From UHGV virus genome UHGV-0096616: a stretch of 42,863 bases of DNA. One strand, written 5' to 3'. Of this stretch, positions 36,003 through 42,863 are shown piece by piece. The notes below the pieces were generated by a model, which had not been told where the DNA came from, made no database searches, and was given only the letters and a program-made list of their open reading frames with translations. This stretch comes from a virus. The number at the start of each line of letters is the position of its first letter. Position 1 is the stretch's first letter. A program made the position numbers and the translations under genes.

Positions 36003-36019
36003 ATTACCTCAACGGTAAC
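36003..36019. promoter_or_regulatory. palindrome ATTACCTCAACGGTAAC (site 12) overlapping -10/+1 of the rightward promoter
   Basis: -35 TTGACA, 17-bp spacer, -10 AATTAT, dyad immediately following. Confidence 0.5.
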
Positions 36020-36037
36020 AGACCGAGGTAACAAGTT

Positions 36038-36190
36038 ATGCAGTGGAAAATCATCAACGGTTGGTACTGCGTTACTGCATGCGGATTCATGAGCTGGAAG
36101 TTCCGCACCTTACAGGAAGGCATTAAGTGGGCTTTCGTCAGCAAAGAAGCTCGCGATGTGGCCAACGATAACGAGATATGGGAGGGCTGA
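36038..36190 (+). CDS. small hypothetical protein (50 aa)
   Basis: Own translation; AGGT RBS; first ORF after the promoter. Confidence 0.3.
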   Translation: MQWKIINGWYCVTACGFMSWKFRTLQEGIKWAFVSKEARDVANDNEIWEG

Positions 36191-36192
36191 TA

Positions 36193-36492
36193 ATGAACGT
36201 TAATCAGCAGAAAAATCTTCAAAAAATCATGCTGGCATTCGACAAGGACTACCGTCTGTCAGAACAGCTATATGACCGACAAGTTGAACTGATTGAGAGT
36301 ATCCGGCTTCATCAACTGGCATCAACTTTCGACGTTGTAACAGTTAAAGGCGTTCGCCAGGAAGTACTGGAGGCCGCTAAAGACAGCCCTGAGTTCGAAG
36401 AACTAATGGATGCCTACCGGCGCGAGGCAATGGCAATTATCGCCCGCTGGGATCTGGCTGATCATCTTGATGGGCAGAGGGACGCGGCATGA
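36193..36492 (+). CDS. hypothetical protein (99 aa)
   Basis: GGAGGG RBS; translationally coupled to the exonuclease. Confidence 0.4.
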   Translation: MNVNQQKNLQKIMLAFDKDYRLSEQLYDRQVELIESIRLHQLASTFDVVTVKGVRQEVLEAAKDSPEFEELMDAYRREAMAIIARWDLADHLDGQRDAA

Positions 36493-37310
36493 AACCGGGA
36501 ATTTATTTCGACATCAGCAACGAAGACTACCACGCCGGTGACGGCGTGAGTAAGTCGCAACTGGACATGGTTGCCAAGAATCCGGCGCTTCTTAAATGGG
36601 TTCAGGCAGCACCAGAAGACGAAGAGAAAAAGTCTGCACTGGATATGGGAACCGCATTGCACTGTCTGCTTCTGGAGCCTGGAGAGTTCGACAAACGCTT
36701 CATTGTTTCACCGAAATTCGATCGTCGGACGAAACAAGGTAAAGCTGACGAAGAGGAATTTCTTCGTGATGTGGCGGATATGGGGATTACGGTACTTGAT
36801 GCCGAGCAGTGGCGGAAACTGGAGCTGATGCGTGATAGCGCAATGGCTCACCCGGCGGCACGCTGGATGCTGGAAGCACCTGGTTACTGCGAAGCATCAA
36901 TGTACTGGAACGATGAAGAGACGGGGGAGTTGTGCCGAATTCGTCCAGACAAATGGCTGAACGAGCACAACGTGATCGTCGACGTGAAAAAGGTTGCAGA
37001 TATGGACCGTTTTGCACGCCACATCGAGGAATTCCGCTACCACGTGCAGGACGCAATGTACCGCGAAGGCGCAATGAGGGTTACTGGTCAGCCGCATGGT
37101 TTTTTCTTTCTTGCCGTGAGCGAAAGCATTGATTGTGGTCGGTATCCGGTACGCGTGTTCGAGCTGGATGCGCAGGATGTCGATGCCGGGCACGCTCTGT
37201 TCCGCCGGGATCTGAATACCTATCACGAATGCCGCATCAATGATGAATGGGGCGGTGTGGAAATCATTAAACGCCCTGAGTGGGCACGCAAACAGGATAT
37301 GTACATATGA
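36489..37310 (+). CDS. PD-(D/E)XK family recombination exonuclease (RecE/YqaJ-like), 273 aa
   Basis: Nuclease-like motifs (RIRPD...VDVKK); ATGA-coupled to the downstream RecT-like gene. Confidence 0.55.
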   Translation: MKPGIYFDISNEDYHAGDGVSKSQLDMVAKNPALLKWVQAAPEDEEKKSALDMGTALHCLLLEPGEFDKRFIVSPKFDRRTKQGKADEEEFLRDVADMGITVLDAEQWRKLELMRDSAMAHPAARWMLEAPGYCEASMYWNDEETGELCRIRPDKWLNEHNVIVDVKKVADMDRFARHIEEFRYHVQDAMYREGAMRVTGQPHGFFFLAVSESIDCGRYPVRVFELDAQDVDAGHALFRRDLNTYHECRINDEWGGVEIIKRPEWARKQDMYI

Positions 37311-38248
37311 GCAACGACATCGCAAACATCAACGCACCAGTAGACACAGCAATCGCTGGAACTGCTGCAACTATTTTCAGCCCAGACGGCTTGAACCAAC
37401 TGATGAAATTCGCCGAGGTAATGGCGCAAAGCCGCGTAACGGTACCGGCGCACCTCGCCGGGAAACCAGCTGATTGCATGGCCGTGGCAATGCAGGCTGC
37501 GCAGTGGGGAATGAACCCGTTTGCCGTGGCTCAGAAAACCCATGTTGTGAACGGCACGCTAGGTTATGAAGCCCAATTAGTAAACGCAGTTATCTCAACG
37601 ATGTCGCCAACAAAAGATCGCATCAACTACGAGTGGTTCGGGCCGTGGGAACGCGTGATCGGTAAGTTTGTTGAGAAAACATCCAAAAACGGCAATCCAT
37701 ATATCGCACCAGGCTGGACTCTAAAAGACGAAGAAGGCTGCGGTGTTCGCGTATGGGCAACCATGAAGGGCGAGGATCAACCTCGAGTGCTTGAGTTAAT
37801 GCTGTCTCAAGCACAGGTAAGAAACTCCACACTTTGGGCCAGTGATCCGAAACAACAACTCGCATACCTTGCGACAAAACGCTGGTCTCGCCTGCACTGT
37901 CCTGACGTAATCATGGGCGTCTACACCCCAGACGAATTACAGGAAACGGCACCGCGCGTTGAGCGAGACATTACTCCGCAAACGACCACTGCTGCGGGAA
38001 TGAACAGTCTGATCAACGCTAAACCAGCGAAAAAGCCTGATGAGCAAACGCGTAAATCGGACAGCCGTGATCCAGAAGAAATGCTGATGGCCTTTACCAG
38101 CGCAGCGATGAATTACAGCACTGTCTCCGAACTGGATAAGGCTTACAAATACATTGCACAAAAACTTTCAGATGATGACGAACTGCTGGCAAAAGCCACC
38201 GACGTTTACAGCGTTCGTCGGGAAGAATTAAACGAAACATCTATGTAA
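37307..38248 (+). CDS. single-strand annealing protein, RecT/Red-beta family (about 313 aa)
   Basis: GMNPFAVAQKTHVVNG block resembles Bet/RecT core as recalled; paired with exonuclease. Confidence 0.55.
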   Translation: MSNDIANINAPVDTAIAGTAATIFSPDGLNQLMKFAEVMAQSRVTVPAHLAGKPADCMAVAMQAAQWGMNPFAVAQKTHVVNGTLGYEAQLVNAVISTMSPTKDRINYEWFGPWERVIGKFVEKTSKNGNPYIAPGWTLKDEEGCGVRVWATMKGEDQPRVLELMLSQAQVRNSTLWASDPKQQLAYLATKRWSRLHCPDVIMGVYTPDELQETAPRVERDITPQTTTAAGMNSLINAKPAKKPDEQTRKSDSRDPEEMLMAFTSAAMNYSTVSELDKAYKYIAQKLSDDDELLAKATDVYSVRREELNETSM

Positions 38249-38297
38249 CCACCACCGCGGCGCCACGCGCGCCGCACTGCAACCAAGAGAGGTATTT

Positions 38298-38546
38298 ATG
38301 AAAGGTGCATTAGGTAAGAAGGAACTCCTGGCGGTGGTTCCACTGTCATGGAGCACTATCGACCGTATGGAGCGCGCAGGGGAATTTCCTAAACGCTGGT
38401 ATATCACCGATAAACGCTGCGCATGGAACCGTGATGAAGTTGAGCGTTGGCTTGATGAACGTCAGGCAGCAAGCCCGGCAGAGTTCCAGGGTAAAAAACC
38501 TCCTGTTCAGCAACGTGTATATCGTCCCGTGAGCAACGCGGCATGA
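38298..38546 (+). CDS. xis: AlpA-family excisionase / small HTH regulator (82 aa)
   Basis: Pattern LLAVVPLSWSTIDRMERAGEFPKRWYI...WNRDEVERWL typical of AlpA/Xis HTH_17 proteins. Confidence 0.6.
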   Translation: MKGALGKKELLAVVPLSWSTIDRMERAGEFPKRWYITDKRCAWNRDEVERWLDERQAASPAEFQGKKPPVQQRVYRPVSNAA

Positions 38547-38655
38547 GTGTGCTGCTAAGGCACTGGAGCAAATGGTCAGGATGGTACTTATTCCTGGCCT
38601 CTGTTTCAGCATGGCTTTATCTGCTGGCATTAATTTTCAGAGAGGGTTGGATTAA

Positions 38656-38955
38656 GTGAGAAAGTTAAGCCGACTTGAAAAATATCACATGAATAAGGTT
38701 TCAATGCGCAGTCCGTCAAAGATTGTCGCCGTTACTCCTGCGGCGATAGAGATCGAAAAACGCGCGATTGAAAGAGAGAAAAAAGGGCAGTTCCGCATTG
38801 CCGCCCACCTTTGGCTTCAGTGTATGGATGTTGCTTCTGGTGATGTTGAACGTGCAAGGATCGCGATTCGCAGGGACCAATGTATCACAAAAGGTAACGG
38901 ACTTCGCCGTGGCGACTATAGCGGCATAGGATGTTGTGGGGTGGTTTATGACTAA
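38656..38955 (+). CDS. small hypothetical protein, possibly PerC-like regulator
   Basis: Weak resemblance only; start uncertain. Confidence 0.3.
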   Translation: MRKLSRLEKYHMNKVSMRSPSKIVAVTPAAIEIEKRAIEREKKGQFRIAAHLWLQCMDVASGDVERARIAIRRDQCITKGNGLRRGDYSGIGCCGVVYD

Positions 38956-39598
38956 GAAATACACACTAATCTATGCAGATCCACCCTGGGCATACCGGGA
39001 CAAAGCCACAGATGGTAATCGCGGTGCCGGTTTTAAATATCCGGTTATGAGTGTGCTGGATATCTGCCGCCTTCCTGTGTGGGATTTGGCCGGTGAAAAC
39101 TGTCTGTTGGCCATGTGGTGGGTGCCAACACAACCACTCGAAGCACTAAAAGTTGTTGAAGCCTGGGGATTCCGTCTGATGACCATGAAGGGCTTCACGT
39201 GGATAAAATGTGGTAGTCGACAACCAGATAAACTGGTTATGGGTATGGGACACATGACTCGCGCCAATAGTGAAGATTGCCTGTTTGCGGTAAAGGGAAA
39301 ACTACCTCCGCGCATTAATGCAGGTATCGTTCAGTCATTTACCGCACCGCGGCTTGAGCATTCAAGAAAACCAGATGTCGTTCGTGAAAAACTTGTGCAA
39401 TTATTAGGCGATGTTTCTCGCATTGAACTGTTCGCCCGCCAGACGTCTCATGGCTTCGATGTTTGGGGTAATCAGTGCGAAGACCCGGCAGTGCAACTAC
39501 ACCCTGGATACGCGTTGGATATTGGCGGATTAACAAATGCATTCAGCAATGCTCCGCTGTCACCAACAGACAACCAGGGGCGGGAGCGTGCTGCATGA
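38948..39598 (+). CDS. N6-adenine DNA methyltransferase, MT-A70 family (orphan, no cognate nuclease seen)
   Basis: Catalytic DPPW motif (YADPPWAY) near the N-terminus; start set at MTKKYTL. Confidence 0.75.
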   Translation: MTKKYTLIYADPPWAYRDKATDGNRGAGFKYPVMSVLDICRLPVWDLAGENCLLAMWWVPTQPLEALKVVEAWGFRLMTMKGFTWIKCGSRQPDKLVMGMGHMTRANSEDCLFAVKGKLPPRINAGIVQSFTAPRLEHSRKPDVVREKLVQLLGDVSRIELFARQTSHGFDVWGNQCEDPAVQLHPGYALDIGGLTNAFSNAPLSPTDNQGRERAA

Positions 39599-39789
39599 AC
39601 AGGGCATCACCAGCAGATTTAAGAAAATGCCTTGAAACTGCAAACATGCTTGCACACAGCGGGATCAGGTTTGTTCCAATTCCCGCTGTCACTGATGCTG
39701 AATTTGCAACACTGTCAGCAATATTCGAAAACAAAATTGAATCACTGGCAGCAGAAGCAGAGATGGAAGAAAATCAGCAGAACTATTAA
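39595..39789 (+). CDS. small hypothetical protein (64 aa, acidic C-terminus)
   Basis: ATGA-coupled to the methyltransferase stop. Confidence 0.35.
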   Translation: MNRASPADLRKCLETANMLAHSGIRFVPIPAVTDAEFATLSAIFENKIESLAAEAEMEENQQNY

Positions 39790-39792
39790 ACG

Positions 39793-41043
39793 TTATTCCC
39801 CCGCCATCCACTTCTCAAACTTCGACGGGGAGAACGGAATCAGATCCGTATGCTCCCCGTTAATCCAGGAATCAATCATATCGGACCACTGCTGCAACAT
39901 GTAGGCGCGCTGTCTGGCGTATTCCGCTTTGTTATATACGGCGCGCACACCTTTCTGCTCATGTGCCAGAGCCTTTTCAATCCAGTCTGAAGGATAACCA
40001 GCCTCATGCAACAACGTACTGGCTGTACGGCGCATATCGTGTACGGTGAAGTCCTGAATATGCTCACCATCTTCATTTATTATTTTCACCGTTCTGTCGA
40101 TCAGAGAGTTCAGCGCGGCATTAGATAATGGCTTCCTGAAATTGTAACGACCAGGAACCAGATATTCACTTCCACCAGCGCACATCTGCAACCCGACCAA
40201 TATATCCTGAGCCTGTTTAGGCAGGTAAATAACATGCGCCCGGCTTCCCTTCATGCGGTCTGAAGGAATTGTCCATGTCCATTTTTTAAAATCTATTTCA
40301 TCCCACGTTGCATTGGTGAATTCGCCTTTACGAACCATAGTGATAAGCACCAGCTTTAAAGCCATTTTCATAGTGCCCATAGCACCAATGGCATCCAGCG
40401 TGCGGAAGAACAGACCAATTTCTTCTGGTGTCAGTGTTCGCTCTCGTGGTTTAAATATGGCGATAGACGAAGGTTTAATGTCAGCAGCAGGATTAAACAA
40501 ACCATGACCACGGTCATTGGCGTGACGGTATACGCTGCTGATGATCTCCCTGGCCTGTACTGCTGTTGCCCGACCACCGCGTTCGACAATCCGGTCACAC
40601 AAATCACGAACCATCGATGTGGTAATTTCAGCCATCATTTTGTTGCCAAGAACCGGAAGTATGTCACGGTCGATCACCGCCTGCTTCATTGCGCGGGTAC
40701 TTTCAGCCAGGATGACGTGTTTCATATAACTGTCGGTATGTACCGCAAACGTCTCGGCACCACGAATCTTTTTGATACCGTCACGTTTAGCCGCAGCCGG
40801 CGACTGGCCTGCTTTAAGCAGCTTCTTTGCAGCAATCAGTTCTTCTCGCGCTTCTGCCAGGCTGATACCGTCACGCCCATACTGCCCGATTACCAGTGTT
40901 TCGCGGCGACCGTTGATACGGTAGTCATAGCGAAACGAGACCGTACCTGACGTAAGCACAGCTACATACAGCCCGTCACGATCGGAAACTTTGTACAGTT
41001 TGTCCTGTGGCTTGAGGTTTTTTAATTTTGTATCGGTAAGCAC
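39793..41043 (-). CDS. int: tyrosine integrase, P4-like family (416 aa)
   Basis: N-terminal Arm-type domain, C-terminal catalytic domain with conserved R...H..R...Y region; adjacent to attR. Confidence 0.9.
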   Translation of the reverse strand: MLTDTKLKNLKPQDKLYKVSDRDGLYVAVLTSGTVSFRYDYRINGRRETLVIGQYGRDGISLAEAREELIAAKKLLKAGQSPAAAKRDGIKKIRGAETFAVHTDSYMKHVILAESTRAMKQAVIDRDILPVLGNKMMAEITTSMVRDLCDRIVERGGRATAVQAREIISSVYRHANDRGHGLFNPAADIKPSSIAIFKPRERTLTPEEIGLFFRTLDAIGAMGTMKMALKLVLITMVRKGEFTNATWDEIDFKKWTWTIPSDRMKGSRAHVIYLPKQAQDILVGLQMCAGGSEYLVPGRYNFRKPLSNAALNSLIDRTVKIINEDGEHIQDFTVHDMRRTASTLLHEAGYPSDWIEKALAHEQKGVRAVYNKAEYARQRAYMLQQWSDMIDSWINGEHTDLIPFSPSKFEKWMAGE

Positions 41044-41084
41044 AATTCACCCGTATAGAAACCATTTTCATGACGGTATGAGAG

Positions 41085-41101
41085 TATACCTTTAAGGTAA
41101 T
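41085..41101. promoter_or_regulatory. palindrome TATACCTTTAAGGTAAT (site 13, one mismatch) upstream of int
   Basis: Dyad 42 bp upstream of the integrase start. Confidence 0.4.
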
Positions 41102-41159
41102 ACCGTCACCTGTACCGCCGAAAAATATGGTGTAGAGTGAATAGAAATGAATACGTAAA

Positions 41160-41192
41160 AACAAAAACCCTCTGCAAAAACAGAGGGTTGAG
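41160..41192 (-). terminator. intrinsic terminator downstream of guaA, encoded on the phage side of attR (CCCTCTG-ttttt-CAGAGGG then TTTTTGTTTTT)
   Basis: Hairpin plus U-run on the - strand; near-duplicate of the hairpin at 1832-1866. Confidence 0.6.
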
Positions 41193-41233
41193 TTGGCATC
41201 TGAATAGGAATGATTTGCTATGAGTTAGCTGTT

Positions 41234-41250
41234 AATCATTCCCACTCAAT
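41234..41250 (+). repeat. attR core, AATCATTCCCACTCAAT, overlapping the last 5 codons of guaA
   Basis: Exact 17-bp copy of 1887-1903; contains the guaA stop codon. Confidence 0.7.
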
Positions 41251-42813
41251 GGTAGCTGGCGGCTTGCCGCTGATGTCATACACCACGCGGGAAATACCGT
41301 TCACTTCATTGATAATACGGTTGGAAACGCGGCCGAGGAAGTCGTACGGCAGATGTGCCCAGTGTGCGGTCATAAAGTCGATGGTTTCGACAGCACGCAG
41401 AGAGACAACCCAGTCATACTTACGACCATCGCCCATTACGCCAACGGAACGTACTGGCAGGAAGACGGTGAACGCCTGGCTGACTTTGTCGTACAGATCC
41501 GCTTTACGCAGTTCTTCAATGAAGATGGCGTCAGCACGGCGCAGCAGGTCACAATACTCTTTCTTCACTTCTCCCAGAACACGAACGCCAAGGCCTGGTC
41601 CCGGGAACGGGTGACGGTACAACATGTCATACGGTAGGCCCAGCTCCAGACCAATCTTACGCACTTCGTCTTTGAACAGCTCTTTCAGCGGTTCAACCAG
41701 GCCCATCTTCATCTCTTTCGGCAGGCCACCCACGTTGTGGTGAGATTTGATGACGTGTGCTTTACCGGTTGCAGAAGCAGCAGATTCGATAACGTCAGGG
41801 TAGATGGTGCCCTGCGCCAGCCACTTCACGTCTTCCAGTTTCAGCGCTTCTTCATCGAATACTTCAACGAAAACGCGACCGATAATTTTACGTTTTGCTT
41901 CCGGATCGTTTTCGCCAGCCAGCGCTGACAAGAAGCGATCTTCTGCCGGTACGTGAACAATGTTCAGACCAAAGTGATCGCCAAACATATCCAGAACCTG
42001 CTCTGCTTCGTTGAGACGCAGCAGGCCGTTGTCGACGAATACGCAAGTCAGGTTTTTACCGATAGCGCGGTGCAACAGCATTGCGGTAACGGAGGAATCC
42101 ACGCCACCAGAGAGGCCGAGGATGACTTTATCGTCGCCCACTTGCTCGCGGATGCGGGCTACAGCGTCGTCGATAATTTTCGCTGGCGTCCACAGGGCTT
42201 CACACTGGCAGATATCACGCACAAAACGCTCCAGCATGCGCATACCCTGGCGGGTGTGAGTCACTTCCGGGTGGAACTGTACGCCATAGAAGCGTTTTTC
42301 TTCGTTGGCCATGATGGCAAACGGGCAGCTTTCGGTGCTGGCTACGGTGACGAAGTCGGACGGGATAGCGGTAACTTTATCGCCGTGGCTCATCCAGACG
42401 TCCAGCAGCGGTTTACCATCTGCGGTCAGCGCATCTTCGATACCGCGAACCAGTGCGCTGTCGTTTACGACTTCAACCTGCGCGTAGCCAAATTCACGTT
42501 CGTTAGAGGCTTCAACGTGACCGCCCAACTGCATTGCCATGGTCTGCATGCCATAGCAAACGCCGAATACCGGTACGCCTGCTTCAAAGACATACTGCGG
42601 CGCACGCGGGCTGTTTTCTTCGGTGGTGCTTTCCGGGCCGCCGGAAAGAATAATGCCGCTTGGATTGAAGTCACGAATTTGTGCTTCTGTCACATCCCAC
42701 GCCCACAGTTCGCAGTAAACACCCAGCTCACGCACGCGGCGCGCAACCAGTTGAGTGTACTGAGAACCGAAGTCCAGAATGAGGATGCGATGCTTATGAA
42801 TGTTTTCCGTCAT
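41236..42813 (-). CDS. guaA: GMP synthase (glutamine-hydrolysing), 525 aa
   Basis: Full-length ORF with glutamine amidotransferase N-domain and ATP-pyrophosphatase SGGVDSSV motif; matches E. coli GuaA as recalled. Confidence 0.95.
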   Translation of the reverse strand: MTENIHKHRILILDFGSQYTQLVARRVRELGVYCELWAWDVTEAQIRDFNPSGIILSGGPESTTEENSPRAPQYVFEAGVPVFGVCYGMQTMAMQLGGHVEASNEREFGYAQVEVVNDSALVRGIEDALTADGKPLLDVWMSHGDKVTAIPSDFVTVASTESCPFAIMANEEKRFYGVQFHPEVTHTRQGMRMLERFVRDICQCEALWTPAKIIDDAVARIREQVGDDKVILGLSGGVDSSVTAMLLHRAIGKNLTCVFVDNGLLRLNEAEQVLDMFGDHFGLNIVHVPAEDRFLSALAGENDPEAKRKIIGRVFVEVFDEEALKLEDVKWLAQGTIYPDVIESAASATGKAHVIKSHHNVGGLPKEMKMGLVEPLKELFKDEVRKIGLELGLPYDMLYRHPFPGPGLGVRVLGEVKKEYCDLLRRADAIFIEELRKADLYDKVSQAFTVFLPVRSVGVMGDGRKYDWVVSLRAVETIDFMTAHWAHLPYDFLGRVSNRIINEVNGISRVVYDISGKPPATIEWE

Positions 42814-42863
42814 TGACGCTTATTCCGAGGCAAGTGAAACAGATAATATAAATCGCCCGACAT

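Larger units (their letters stand above)
1887..41250 (-). mobile_element. Integrated temperate podovirus-type prophage (epsilon15-like organisation), ~39.4 kb, at the guaA 3-prime end
   Basis: Integrase next to guaA, 17-bp direct repeats at both ends, complete phage gene set between them. Confidence 0.8.

Noticed and set aside
1887-41250. Possible T7-like lytic phage with phage RNA polymerase promoters
   Set aside because: No ORF of RNA polymerase size or character is present; the genome has integrase, repressor and att repeats, and promoters look sigma70-like
1-42863. Insertion sequences, transposases, rRNA genes
   Set aside because: No transposase-like ORF, terminal inverted repeats of IS type, or rRNA-like sequence found on either strand

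Overview
This window is an enterobacterial (E. coli-like) chromosomal segment carrying a ~39.4 kb prophage inserted at the 3-prime end of guaA. Host genes are yfgG/yfgH/yfgI-like ORFs on the + strand (220-1795) and guaA on the - strand (41236-42813). The prophage (about 1887-41250) is bounded by an exact 17-bp direct repeat, AATCATTCCCACTCAAT, which contains the last codons of guaA. It is a temperate podovirus-type genome; its layout recalls epsilon15/phiV10-like phages, but that is from memory and not searched. From attR leftwards it has a P4-family tyrosine integrase, an MT-A70 adenine methyltransferase, an AlpA-type excisionase, a RecT/exonuclease module, a double-HTH CI-like repressor divergent from a cro-like early operon, and lambda O/P-like replication genes with iterons. 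Then come the late operon (terS, terL, portal, scaffold, capsid, tail-tube and internal virion proteins), an AT-rich tail spike, and a lysis cassette (holins, GH19 endolysin, Rz with embedded Rz1). Accessory content includes a tRNA-Arg(UCU), several visibly AT-rich moron loci, a LexA-box-controlled putative antirepressor pair, a candidate small RNA, and a 17-bp palindrome (A)TTACC-N5-GGTAA(T) present 13 times at transcription-unit boundaries. The strongest candidates for an undescribed system are the moron loci at 26146-26940 and 8209-8837 and the palindrome regulon, but none could be assigned a function from sequence alone. No rRNA, CRISPR array or IS element was seen. All protein calls come from reading the supplied translations; no database search was run.
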